Virus record (IMG/VR): IMGVR_UViG_3300027770_000025
Location: 248,001 to 312,000 of that record
DNA length: 64,000 nt
Reading direction: 5' to 3' (one strand)
Part shown: in pieces, positions 10,753 through 20,775 of the stretch
Layout: every line of letters begins with the position of its first letter
How positions within the stretch are numbered: the stretch's first letter is position 1
The notes under the pieces: model-generated
Seen by the model: the letters and a program-made list of their open reading frames with translations, nothing else
Told to the model about the DNA's origin: nothing
Database searches by the model: none
Made by a program: the position numbers and the translations under genes

Positions 10753-12957
10753 TTATTGGTTGTTAGTTAAACTTTTTCCTACTATATCTACTTGAAATTT
10801 TAAATTCTTCTCGTCGATACAAACAATTTCGAAAACTGGCATATAATCATACCCTGAAAATGAGCTATCGTCAAGAGAAATTATCAACGTAGAATAACTA
10901 ACTCCTGAAGGATTGCTTAATGGATATAATCCATCTGCATTTGTTAATATATTTATAATAAAGCCTCCTGGATATACCTGATCTCCAAAAGATATTCTAA
11001 ATCTTTGCCCAGATTTCCATCTAGCATTAGTACTGTCTTTTAATCTTATTGTTAAATCACCAGTTAGAGTTAAGGGTACACCATTATTAACATGCTTAAA
11101 GTAGTTTGAATAAGATACCAAAGGAATCTCATTTAATCCGCTTTGTGTTAATGTACCTTTACTTTGTGTGTCGGATATATTAAAATCCTGAACTGCATTT
11201 ATTACGGAAAGCTGATTGGGTATACTTCTATCTACGATAATACCTGGACCCTGCTTAACTAGGTTAAGATCATATGATATTTCAACGCTAGTTTGATTAT
11301 TTAATATAGCCCTTACTAAATCATAATTTTGATCAATAAGTCCCATTATAGACTGCGTATTGTTAAATAGGGCTTGATTTGCAGCTAATGTTTGTTCTAT
11401 ATTTCCTATCCTTCTATCCATATTGATAGACGTAGGACTGCTTAGTGTTATATTCTCCAAGTTAGTTACCCTATTGCTTAACTCTATGAAATCAGAAGAA
11501 GCGTTATTCAATGTTGAACTTGCATCCTGTAAAACATTCATAGCATCCATGAACATAGAAAGTGAAAAAGGAGAATAGTCATTAATTGCCTGCTCTACTC
11601 CAGTCTGATCGACGTCGGTATCAAATTTAAGATTAATCTTAAATCCGTATGAGTTGCCGTTTAATTTTGTTACTGGATTAGGTCTATATTTCTTTAATCT
11701 AGGAATATAAATGTCCCCACCTTCACTATTTACATCATCTAAGAATAAGACACCATATAGGTTTGTAGCTGACGTAGCAGGATTTGCCGGATCATATACA
11801 TCATAATAGATTAATACTGCGTTAAACTCAAAATCTGCTGCGTCTGCGGTGGCGTTAAACTCCTCCAATGTAGAAATACTGGAGTTGGTTAATATCTCCT
11901 GATATGAGTTTGGATCAAAATCAATACCGATAGAATCCAATTTGCTCCTAGTGTAAACTAGGGTGTTAGAATTATCAGTCTTAGTAAGAATATAGTTAGA
12001 GGGATCTGTAAAAATGTTTTCTGAAAAATAAGTGTTTGCAGTGTCTCTTGGTGAATACCAATTACCAGCTATCGAAGATCCATTTACTCCGGTATCATAA
12101 TAACTAGCAGTAGGTGAACCTAAAACATCATCATCAAAAATTGCTAATGTTGTTAATCCACTAGGATTTGTTTCATCGTAATTTCTACTAAATAGATATT
12201 CATCATTTAAAGGATTACTTGGGTTATTAGTCCATTGATAATCTGGATAGTAATTTTTATCGGTTACGTTCTTAAATAAGACATAGGGTGTATTTCCGTC
12301 CTTAGTAGGAATATAAACATAAACTTCTGAATATGCGTTGGTCGAATTCTTTACAGAGTTAACAATATCTAGATTACCAACATATTGTACAACCCTATTA
12401 TAAGGTGCTCCCGTCATTCCGTAAGCTCCTGTAGTTCCGTAAGGTGCATCGCCTTCAACGTATCTTTTTTGAGTTATAGGAACGTCATTGACAATCGTAA
12501 CAGTATTCTGATCTAACGCAGGGGAAACCTCAGTCGAATCAGCTGCTGAATATCTGATTGCTCCTATTTCTTTTAGCCATTTAAAAAATATTCTTTCCGA
12601 AATATTTTGCTTTAATGAAGAATCGTATTGATCGTCACCTGTTATGGTAGACTCTATGTTTAAACAATAACTCTGAAAACTTTGAGAGAAATCTATATTT
12701 GCATCGCCAGTTATAATTTGCTGAGTGCTATTAGCCCAATCGAGAAATGCGCTATCAGGACCATTCAATCTCACATAGTTGGTTTGGGTAGACGCACTGT
12801 TATCTATATCAGGTATGTTCAATAAGGCAAACTTGGAAAATCTGAATTTACTATCTGAATTATTGAACGTAAATGAAAGATCCTCAGCAGATGAAGAGAA
12901 TGTATAAAATGTTCCGCCTTGTACTTGTAAAGGTCTTATAAATGGTGTCTTTGCCAT
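10753..12957 (-). CDS. Virion structural protein, 734 aa
   Basis: Long ORF with a coiled-coil segment (ELSNRVTNLENI) in the structural operon. Confidence 0.6.
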   Translation of the reverse strand: MAKTPFIRPLQVQGGTFYTFSSSAEDLSFTFNNSDSKFRFSKFALLNIPDIDNSASTQTNYVRLNGPDSAFLDWANSTQQIITGDANIDFSQSFQSYCLNIESTITGDDQYDSSLKQNISERIFFKWLKEIGAIRYSAADSTEVSPALDQNTVTIVNDVPITQKRYVEGDAPYGTTGAYGMTGAPYNRVVQYVGNLDIVNSVKNSTNAYSEVYVYIPTKDGNTPYVLFKNVTDKNYYPDYQWTNNPSNPLNDEYLFSRNYDETNPSGLTTLAIFDDDVLGSPTASYYDTGVNGSSIAGNWYSPRDTANTYFSENIFTDPSNYILTKTDNSNTLVYTRSKLDSIGIDFDPNSYQEILTNSSISTLEEFNATADAADFEFNAVLIYYDVYDPANPATSATNLYGVLFLDDVNSEGGDIYIPRLKKYRPNPVTKLNGNSYGFKINLKFDTDVDQTGVEQAINDYSPFSLSMFMDAMNVLQDASSTLNNASSDFIELSNRVTNLENITLSSPTSINMDRRIGNIEQTLAANQALFNNTQSIMGLIDQNYDLVRAILNNQTSVEISYDLNLVKQGPGIIVDRSIPNQLSVINAVQDFNISDTQSKGTLTQSGLNEIPLVSYSNYFKHVNNGVPLTLTGDLTIRLKDSTNARWKSGQRFRISFGDQVYPGGFIINILTNADGLYPLSNPSGVSYSTLIISLDDSSFSGYDYMPVFEIVCIDEKNLKFQVDIVGKSLTNNQ

Positions 12958-12981
12958 TAAATTTATTTTATTTTTATTCTA

Positions 12982-13896
12982 TTAAACCGTTACGTTGTTA
13001 GCAGATAAAACGATCCAAGAACCGTTTTGGTTTGCTTGTCCCTGTCCAACTCTCGTTTCCCATTGTAGAGTTATTGATGAACGATAGGACTTACTAGCAG
13101 TTACCGTTATACCGGATGTAGAATATCCGCCATAGGCTCCATAGGTATTAAATCCTGTATAGTAACTTGACGATGTACCTGTTATCCCGGTGTAAATAAA
13201 TCCGGCTGCTGCTGAAGTGTTAACGATAGTTACCCTAGTTCCTTGAGGAATATTAGGTAGCGTTCCACCTACTGGTGATGTGCCATCAACAACTTTCATA
13301 AAGAATCCAGTAGGACCGCAGTTTGCGTAGATAACATCTTCTAAACCAGTTATAGCATAAGGTGAGTTTACCGATGTTACATATCCACCGCCACCAATTC
13401 CTGATGTGTTTGCTGCAAATGCTGAACCTGCTGTTAATCCTGTTTTATAAGTTGTATTTGAACTTATAATATGTCCCTGGGTACCTAATTGAAATGCTCC
13501 ATTAGCACTTAGTCTTCCGTTGAAGCTAGAGGTTCCACCTGCTACGAAAATAGAAGATGTTCCTAAAGTTATTGTTCCGTTAAGAACTACCGCTCCTGAA
13601 GCTGTTACGTCTGTTGATTGTAAGCTTACGAACGAAGCTTGACCTAGATTATTTACTGATGCTGTTGGGGTTCCTGTGGAAGGAAGTGATAAAGCATCAA
13701 ATGATCCGATTTTTGCCTGAACCTTACCCGTTGAGGCTCCACTAAGATCTAATATACCATTTACCGTGTCTATACCGAAAACTGTAATGTATCCGTTTAT
13801 CCAGTTCTGTAAGATTAGAAAGTTGGAGTTAATTGTTACTCTTGAGCCTGATATAGAATCAGTGCCTAAAATTTCTGTAATGTTTACTGTTGCCAT
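12982..13896 (-). CDS. Putative short tail fibre/appendage protein
   Basis: N-terminus ITEILGTDSISGSRVTINSNF resembles the INxNF fibre-anchoring motif; Gly/Ser/Thr-rich; late-promoter motif upstream. Confidence 0.55.
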   Translation of the reverse strand: MATVNITEILGTDSISGSRVTINSNFLILQNWINGYITVFGIDTVNGILDLSGASTGKVQAKIGSFDALSLPSTGTPTASVNNLGQASFVSLQSTDVTASGAVVLNGTITLGTSSIFVAGGTSSFNGRLSANGAFQLGTQGHIISSNTTYKTGLTAGSAFAANTSGIGGGGYVTSVNSPYAITGLEDVIYANCGPTGFFMKVVDGTSPVGGTLPNIPQGTRVTIVNTSAAAGFIYTGITGTSSSYYTGFNTYGAYGGYSTSGITVTASKSYRSSITLQWETRVGQGQANQNGSWIVLSANNVTV

Positions 13897-13924
13897 TTTA
13901 TTGTTTTATTTCTTTTTGAAGTGA

Positions 13925-13934
13925 AATATATATC
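13925..13934. promoter_or_regulatory. Putative bidirectional late promoter (GATATATA on minus, AATATATA on plus)
   Basis: aaatatatatc lies between divergent genes (start 13896 on minus, 13958 on plus) and matches the motif found upstream of many genes here. Confidence 0.55.
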
Positions 13935-13957
13935 TACGTCTCAGACAACACTTAAAT

Positions 13958-14125
13958 ATGGCAATACATAAAAACGAACTTACCATAATGGACACCAAAG
14001 ACATATCTTTAAGTCCAAAACCAGTGATTTATTTCCCTAAAACACTAAAAAATTCAGACAATTTTACTAGCATCAAAAAAACCACTCCGATTGGGAGAAA
14101 TCTGTGCGGTTACACAAAAAAATAA
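13958..14125 (+). CDS. Small hypothetical protein (55 aa) upstream of phoH
   Basis: Manually translated MAIHKNELTIMDTKDISLSPKPVIYFPKTLKNSDNFTSIKKTTPIGRNLCGYTKK*. It fills the intergenic gap and stops 7 nt before the phoH ATG; below the ORF-track cutoff. Confidence 0.4.
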   Translation: MAIHKNELTIMDTKDISLSPKPVIYFPKTLKNSDNFTSIKKTTPIGRNLCGYTKK

Positions 14126-14132
14126 ATATAAT

Positions 14133-14900
14133 ATGGCTAACAGAAAAAAAAGAATTACCGACGAAGAATTTTATGAGGATTTCCCTCCTGGATATCAATC
14201 CCCTAATGCATCCAGATTCGATTTGCAAAAATTAAAGGTTGACTTTAAATTTAAAAACGAGAATCAAAAAAATCTCTCAAATCTTATAAATGACAATAAG
14301 ATCACTATCGTAGCTGGCCCAGCAGGAACAGGTAAAACTTATCTAGCATGTGCTCAAGCTCTAAAGCTCATAAAGAATGATACTAGGTTTAAGAAAATAA
14401 TACTAGTAAAAAGTGTAACTGTTTTAGAAGGGGAAGAGGTAGGATTCCTTAAAGGTGACCTTAAAGAAAAAATGTTACCCTTTACCATATCTTTCCTTGA
14501 TAACTTTCATAAAGTTATTGGAGAGGGGTTAACCCAAATTATGTTGGATCAAGGTTATATCGAGGTATTACCTTTAGCTTTTATTAGGGGTAGATCTATA
14601 GACAACGCAATTATAATAGTAGACGAAGCCCAGAATATAACTCAGAAAAATATGAGATCTACTATGACTAGAATAGGTACAGACACTAAGATGATTATTA
14701 CAGGTGACACCAAACAGATAGACATGAAAAATCCAAAGCTATCGTCTCTTGATTTAGTTGTTAAGATATTTCAAAATAAGGATAATATCGGAACAATGCA
14801 CTTTGGTGTTAACGATATAGTTAGGGATCCAATAGTAAAACTTATAGAGGAAACATTCGATGAATGGGAAGAAAAAAATTCAAAGCCAAATAAGGGATAA
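14133..14900 (+). CDS. phoH: PhoH-like ATPase
   Basis: GPAGTGKT Walker A, GFLKGDLKEK, LAFIRGRS, IIVDEAQN, TRIG and GDTKQID motifs. Start moved to ATG 14133. Confidence 0.95.
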   Translation: MANRKKRITDEEFYEDFPPGYQSPNASRFDLQKLKVDFKFKNENQKNLSNLINDNKITIVAGPAGTGKTYLACAQALKLIKNDTRFKKIILVKSVTVLEGEEVGFLKGDLKEKMLPFTISFLDNFHKVIGEGLTQIMLDQGYIEVLPLAFIRGRSIDNAIIIVDEAQNITQKNMRSTMTRIGTDTKMIITGDTKQIDMKNPKLSSLDLVVKIFQNKDNIGTMHFGVNDIVRDPIVKLIEETFDEWEEKNSKPNKG

Positions 14901-14909
14901 TCCGAAGAT

Positions 14910-17900
14910 TTATTCCCTATTGAATGTTGAATCTGGGTTATTTGGAATAACTATAGCAGATCCAAATTGACCTTTATTAGCTTGTAATATTTCCATTTCC
15001 TGATACATTAGATCCTTACCTAATCTCATTGCTTGATAATCCCTTGCAAGGAAAGGTGGATTAGGATATCCATAATCGCTGGAGTCAACAAAATCAGGTC
15101 TAGTGTCATCCGGTCTTTTATCCTTGTGATCTATTACTTTTATGAATCCTGGCTTAGAAACCTCGTAGATGTTTCCTGCAGAATCTTCTACCTGATTGTA
15201 TATCGTATAATATCCAGCATCTACAAAAGTGTAGATAAAGTATGGACTGCCCTTTATGTTAAGAAGCTCGTCTTTTGTTTCGGAGTTACTTAGTATCCAC
15301 TTATTGTTTTTCTTACCGTAAATATTAGAAGCATAGTTATTAAAAACCACGGTGGATAATAACGGAATCTCCATATAGTTATCTGTCGAATGAACATCGC
15401 ACCAGGTCCAAGCTCCTGACCCAGGCCTAGAAATAATATTTCCCAGATTTATACCTAACTCAGGATAGTATTGTTCAGACAGGGTAGAAAATCCTCCTGT
15501 TGAACCAAATGATATAAAACTTCCGGTACCCCCAGTAGAGCCACTAGTATTAACTCCGAAAATAAATACGTTTGAAGAAGTATCCTTAGAGAATGTTAGG
15601 TCGCCTTCAAAAGTACCTAAATTTTGTAGATCTAAATTTTTATTAGCATTATTCGTCTTGAGTAGTGCGACACTATATCCTGTTAATCCTGGTGTGTTTA
15701 TTTGATATGACGTAAAAAATTGGGATTCGTTGATTTTATCAAAAGCTAAAAATCCCATATCCCTATCAAGAACGCCAGTAGAATTATATGAAATATCCCT
15801 TAATGTTCCCTGATCTGTTATTTCAGCTGTGTATAAATAGTTCTGTCCTGTAGAGCCCAATACTATTTGGCTCCCGAAATAAGTACCAGTTACACCCTGA
15901 CCATAGTCTCCCCTAATGGTATTAACATAATAACCCGAATTATCCTTAGCTGTAATTATTTTCTTAATGCCGTTATAAGAGGAAGTACCGCCTATATCTA
16001 CGATTCCCCCAGTTATCCCGTTAGCTGTGGGACCTGAAATTATATAGAATGGATAATTTTTAGAAGCTGAGGGGGATGGATGCAGAATATTAAGCCCCAT
16101 CATATTAAAAGTACCAGATGATTGTCCAGTTATAATAAAGCCATTTTCGTTATTTGATGATTTTATATCTTCTATAGAAAATCCACCAGTTGAACCTGAA
16201 GTGCTTTTTATTTCAACTAAATCTAGATTATCTGAATCAAGTTTAATGTATGCACCAAATTCATTAGAAGCAAGGTCTCCGATATAATAAGGAACCGTCG
16301 ATATATCTCCCGTTCTATCCCATTCATTTTTTAAAGAGCTGAAAATGACAGGTGTGTTTGATGTGTGGGTAATCGCAAGATTCACATGATACCTAGAAGA
16401 ATCTATTTTAGTGCTTACAGTCCCACCTGGATAAGGTAATGCTACGGTTGAAACGGGAGGGAAATATCTAAACGAATTAATTCTATATTTTTTTCTTATG
16501 TTGCTTTCATAATCACCAGTAACCCCGTTTATATCGGTAAATGTAGAGGAACTTCCTAGATCTCTTCCTATTTTAACCACGTACGCTGCATTTGAATCAG
16601 TCTTTGATCCAGCATTAGCTATAGTGTATGGATAAACTGAAGGAGTCCATTGGCAAACTTGAATAGTAATAGATGTTCCGTTTGTATATGGAAATGCTGC
16701 TGTTGCCCCGCTCTGATAAGTTGTACGTATTCCGAATGAATTTGTATCCCTATAAATCTGATCTATTCTATAGTAAGCAGTGTTACCGCCCTGTACGATT
16801 ATTAAACTTTGTCCAGTCAGTCTGTTGTTAATAGATGAAAATTCATTGCCTCCTATTCCGTTTATAAAACTAAGATAGACCAAATTTACATTATCGTAGC
16901 TACCCCCAGTTCCTGCGGGGAATCCGGTAAACCCAAAGTCACAGTAAGTGTTTGCAACCGAATCACCGCTACCTACTGAAACCCTCCATGGGCTATTTAT
17001 GACCACCGTGCCAAATGAGGGTACACCTATCCCAGGATATGTCCCTGCAGTAGCACCGGGAACATTAGGATTGGTAATACCCACCGGTGCCCCAGTTGCA
17101 CCCCCCGTTGTAATTGGAAATCCGTATGCCCCCCAGACAAATTCGCCAACCTCAATAAATCTATTAAAAGTACCGGAAGCATATAAATATAATCCATCCT
17201 CGCTTGAGCAAAGACTTTGAACTTCGGTGCTAAATCCTTTAAATGGAAGTATCGATTCGACATTACCTCTCTCTGAATAAGAAACTATAAACCCGGTTTT
17301 TCCGTTATTAACTGAATTATAAGTTGATAGTGTGCCTGAATTTAAACTAGGTCCATAGTCAGATAATATTGCTGGGGTATTGTCCGCATAATATCCAAAC
17401 TGGATCGAATAATTTCCGGTATAAATATCGGGCTGAATGTAGCCTCCAACATAATATTTCTTCTCTCCTAGAAAAGTCTGTGTTGTCGAAGAGGTTACTC
17501 TAAACATTCCTATGTTACCAGATGCTCCTGAAATATATGAAATAGATTTCTCCCATTCGGAAGCTTGTATAGATTCCGAGATCTGATCTTGCTCAAATGA
17601 AGGCAAAGCCCAATTGTTCCAATATGGTTGTTTACCTGCTCTACCATCAGCTATATCACTTAATTTTGCGGTCAGAAATAAATTACGTGGATCCAGCCCA
17701 GGGTGCTTATATTCAAGGAAAGAGCTATCATAAACCATCCACTCCGGATAAGTCCATGTGTATTTATTTACTTTAGGTAAAGGTGAACCCCCGCCAGTGG
17801 CAGTATGGTAAGTGAAATTCCATCCCGTTGCTCCTGCATATTTAGAAGATCCATAAACGTGGGGCAAATCATAAGCGAAAAGCGAAAGTTGATTATATCC

Positions 17901-18944
17901 AAGAATCCATAAATCATTCGCGTGGATAGTTAGTCCATCCTGATTCGTATTGTGTCCTATTAGCTCTATACCAAGCACAGCATTTGAATTCAATGATGAA
18001 TTTGCTGTATTGAATTGCGTGTGTGATGTTCCATTAAAATGCCAAAGACCGGTTCCATCTCCAAGTTCCCCGTCTCCCATTGAATAAAAAACATGTCCAT
18101 TATCTCTTGCTTTCACACAAGTTATTGGTCCCCCACTAACCCCATAATTCCAGAATTCAAAACCATCAAAATACGAAATACCTATGTCAGTTCCGATCCA
18201 TAGGTTTCCATTCTCGTCAAAGTCTAAACAATATACGTTATCTGATATTATTCCGCTTGTGCTAGTGTTGTAAACTTTTGCCTGCTGGATATATTTTGAT
18301 CCGTTTGTTAAAGTTATGGTTTGTAATTTTCCTTGCGGAACAACAAAAAGTCCTTCCGAAGTTCCCATATAGTAAAGATAATCCTTACCGTCATACCCTT
18401 TAGTTTCTATATCATAGATATGCGGCCAAGTATAATCATCAACGGTTTCATCCCATTGATCTGTTTCTTTAAAATAATAAAATAATCTTCCACCGGTGGC
18501 TCCATTTATTCTTGTATAATCAGATGCACCGGTTCCTCCTACCCCGTTAAGTGGATTGATAAAAGCTAAAATATCGTCACCAAAGGGGCAAGCGTATATT
18601 AATGAAACTTCCTGAGGCTGATTAAAAGTTCCCAAAGCCTGGAATGTCCAGCTATCACCCTCGTCAACTTTATTAGTATTGATCCAAAAAACTGCAACCT
18701 GATTTATGTTAGCATTTCCTGCTGTTGGTCCTTGTGCTACTCCAACCCAGGCTTTATCCTCCGGATCTATTGATATACATCTGGTATCCAGATAGTATGG
18801 TGAAACCTGGGGAACTGCGGAGTTTGTGCTGTCGTAATATTCCCAGATTGACCCGTTGAATCTTCTAACATCCTGACCTGAAGCCCAAGCGTAAAATTCT
18901 TGATCTAGATCTATCTGATTAATATAAAGGGATGAATTAGGCAT
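14910..18944 (-). CDS. Large virion protein with beta-propeller (Reg_prop-like) repeats, probable receptor-binding/appendage protein
   Basis: IISDNVYCLDFDENGNLWIGTDIGISYFDG and FNTANSSLNSNAVLGI resemble two-component-regulator propeller repeats; C-terminal YTFVDAGYYTIYNQVEDSAGN is PKD-like. Confidence 0.65.
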   Translation of the reverse strand: MPNSSLYINQIDLDQEFYAWASGQDVRRFNGSIWEYYDSTNSAVPQVSPYYLDTRCISIDPEDKAWVGVAQGPTAGNANINQVAVFWINTNKVDEGDSWTFQALGTFNQPQEVSLIYACPFGDDILAFINPLNGVGGTGASDYTRINGATGGRLFYYFKETDQWDETVDDYTWPHIYDIETKGYDGKDYLYYMGTSEGLFVVPQGKLQTITLTNGSKYIQQAKVYNTSTSGIISDNVYCLDFDENGNLWIGTDIGISYFDGFEFWNYGVSGGPITCVKARDNGHVFYSMGDGELGDGTGLWHFNGTSHTQFNTANSSLNSNAVLGIELIGHNTNQDGLTIHANDLWILGYNQLSLFAYDLPHVYGSSKYAGATGWNFTYHTATGGGSPLPKVNKYTWTYPEWMVYDSSFLEYKHPGLDPRNLFLTAKLSDIADGRAGKQPYWNNWALPSFEQDQISESIQASEWEKSISYISGASGNIGMFRVTSSTTQTFLGEKKYYVGGYIQPDIYTGNYSIQFGYYADNTPAILSDYGPSLNSGTLSTYNSVNNGKTGFIVSYSERGNVESILPFKGFSTEVQSLCSSEDGLYLYASGTFNRFIEVGEFVWGAYGFPITTGGATGAPVGITNPNVPGATAGTYPGIGVPSFGTVVINSPWRVSVGSGDSVANTYCDFGFTGFPAGTGGSYDNVNLVYLSFINGIGGNEFSSINNRLTGQSLIIVQGGNTAYYRIDQIYRDTNSFGIRTTYQSGATAAFPYTNGTSITIQVCQWTPSVYPYTIANAGSKTDSNAAYVVKIGRDLGSSSTFTDINGVTGDYESNIRKKYRINSFRYFPPVSTVALPYPGGTVSTKIDSSRYHVNLAITHTSNTPVIFSSLKNEWDRTGDISTVPYYIGDLASNEFGAYIKLDSDNLDLVEIKSTSGSTGGFSIEDIKSSNNENGFIITGQSSGTFNMMGLNILHPSPSASKNYPFYIISGPTANGITGGIVDIGGTSSYNGIKKIITAKDNSGYYVNTIRGDYGQGVTGTYFGSQIVLGSTGQNYLYTAEITDQGTLRDISYNSTGVLDRDMGFLAFDKINESQFFTSYQINTPGLTGYSVALLKTNNANKNLDLQNLGTFEGDLTFSKDTSSNVFIFGVNTSGSTGGTGSFISFGSTGGFSTLSEQYYPELGINLGNIISRPGSGAWTWCDVHSTDNYMEIPLLSTVVFNNYASNIYGKKNNKWILSNSETKDELLNIKGSPYFIYTFVDAGYYTIYNQVEDSAGNIYEVSKPGFIKVIDHKDKRPDDTRPDFVDSSDYGYPNPPFLARDYQAMRLGKDLMYQEMEILQANKGQFGSAIVIPNNPDSTFNRE

Positions 18945-19001
18945 CTATCTTTTTTTAAATTGTATTGTATATATTTGAATTTTAATAACAGGGATATTAA
19001 A

Positions 19002-20732
19002 TTATGGACTGCCGAAATACCATCCTCTTACAGGACCAGTAGATCCGGGGTTGGCTATCTGATATGGGTTGGCTATTCTATTTGTATTGAAAGAAATCCA
19101 ATTTGTTTTACCTATGGTTGCTGTTGTAGGAACTCCTCGCCTCCCAGCCCAAGGACCGTTGTCGCTTAGATCTACTGCAGCTAGAAAAAGGCCCGAACCC
19201 CCCCAGTCGTTATCTATAATTGAAATTTTAAGGCCATTAAAAGTATTTGGATCTACTAATCCTATATTATACATCCATGCATAATCGGGAGAAGCCGAAG
19301 CAACAATGTTATTTTCAAACCCGTTTCCATTACTAACTAAAGCAGCATTTATTAGACTTGCAACACCTAATCCTGCTCCTGTATCCTGCATAAATACCAA
19401 TGTACCATCGGGGGAATTTCCCACACCCCCTGAAATTAATATATCAGATATTGTAACATCAACAGTCATATCATAGCCAGATTCGATATTATTTATACAA
19501 GGTGAAACCGTGCTAAATCTCAGGGTTAAATATAGTGTAACAGTACCTGATACATACGATGCAGAGGGAAGACAAGCCCCACCGTATCCCCCACTAGCAC
19601 CTCCTGCGCCATCAAGTTCATATTCATAAGCTACAGGATATTCACCGCTATAAAAGGCTACCTCTAATGCTTTAGAAGACTGGTACCCTATGGAAAATTC
19701 ATTAAAAATTAGATTCGATACCTGTGTACTTGTCCAATACCTGTTACTAACTAAAGATTTTCCATAGCCTTGTATATCAGCAAAATAAAATATATTACTG
19801 AAATAAGTACCAAGATCACCAGGAAGCATATAATTACCCAGTGTGTACCTTGTTAATGATCCCCATCCGGTTGCCCCAGGTACACCAAGAGCATTAAAAG
19901 CAAGACTGGAAGCAATATATTGTCCAGTAAACAAACCATAATTTAAACTGCTGGGCATTGTTATATCTTGCGAAGAAGACCAATATGATGTAATTTCTCC
20001 CTGAGCTCTGAATTGAGTGTTATTTATAGGAATAGGTACCGCAGAACTACCAGTGGTATTTACAGAATATGCATTACCAGAACCTGATATACCTAATGCT
20101 GTTAATAGAATTCCCGTGTCTGCCACGGATTGATAATGCAGGCCTAATGTAAAGGGAGATGCTAAATAATTATAACGCTCAAATAAGCCATTTTTGCTAT
20201 ATGTCACAGTCACGGAAGAAGATGCAGTGTTACCCAAAAGGCTAGTTAAAATAACAGAGGATGTTGATACGTAAGTTGAATATGTAGCACCAGACTCAGA
20301 TCCGGTTAAATCCAACCAGCTGTAAATTAGAGCACCCGTTTGGTTGTTTATCGTGGTAAGATTTGGGTTATTTAAACCAGCAAGGTTCCATGTATAGTAG
20401 GCAGCACTAGCTGTAGATCCTACTGCAGTATATGATACTGTGGTTCCCATAGGGACAACAGTGGTCTGGTTGCTGATCATTGTCATTGAGATATTCTCAG
20501 GGACTACAACAATTATGTTTGACTTCTCGTTGGAAGAACTGATGCTTCCGATGCTTACTGTCAATTTAGCACTAAATCCAGTATTTGATGGAGAAACATA
20601 TCTAACAATAGGATTAGTTGCTGTTGCCCCAGTAGGTGTTCCGCCGGGAAAATTCCAGATCCTTCCAGTAGGTGATCCCTCTGAGATGTCCTGATATAAA
20701 ATGTAATCCCCTTGGCTTATTGATATTGACAT
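19002..20732 (-). CDS. PKD-domain virion protein
   Basis: N-terminal YQDISEGSPTGRIWNFPGGTPTGATATNPIVRY is a PKD/Ig-like signature. Confidence 0.65.
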   Translation of the reverse strand: MSISISQGDYILYQDISEGSPTGRIWNFPGGTPTGATATNPIVRYVSPSNTGFSAKLTVSIGSISSSNEKSNIIVVVPENISMTMISNQTTVVPMGTTVSYTAVGSTASAAYYTWNLAGLNNPNLTTINNQTGALIYSWLDLTGSESGATYSTYVSTSSVILTSLLGNTASSSVTVTYSKNGLFERYNYLASPFTLGLHYQSVADTGILLTALGISGSGNAYSVNTTGSSAVPIPINNTQFRAQGEITSYWSSSQDITMPSSLNYGLFTGQYIASSLAFNALGVPGATGWGSLTRYTLGNYMLPGDLGTYFSNIFYFADIQGYGKSLVSNRYWTSTQVSNLIFNEFSIGYQSSKALEVAFYSGEYPVAYEYELDGAGGASGGYGGACLPSASYVSGTVTLYLTLRFSTVSPCINNIESGYDMTVDVTISDILISGGVGNSPDGTLVFMQDTGAGLGVASLINAALVSNGNGFENNIVASASPDYAWMYNIGLVDPNTFNGLKISIIDNDWGGSGLFLAAVDLSDNGPWAGRRGVPTTATIGKTNWISFNTNRIANPYQIANPGSTGPVRGWYFGSP

Positions 20733-20775
20733 TAAAGAATAAGATAGTTTGATTTATATATCCAGATTAATATGA

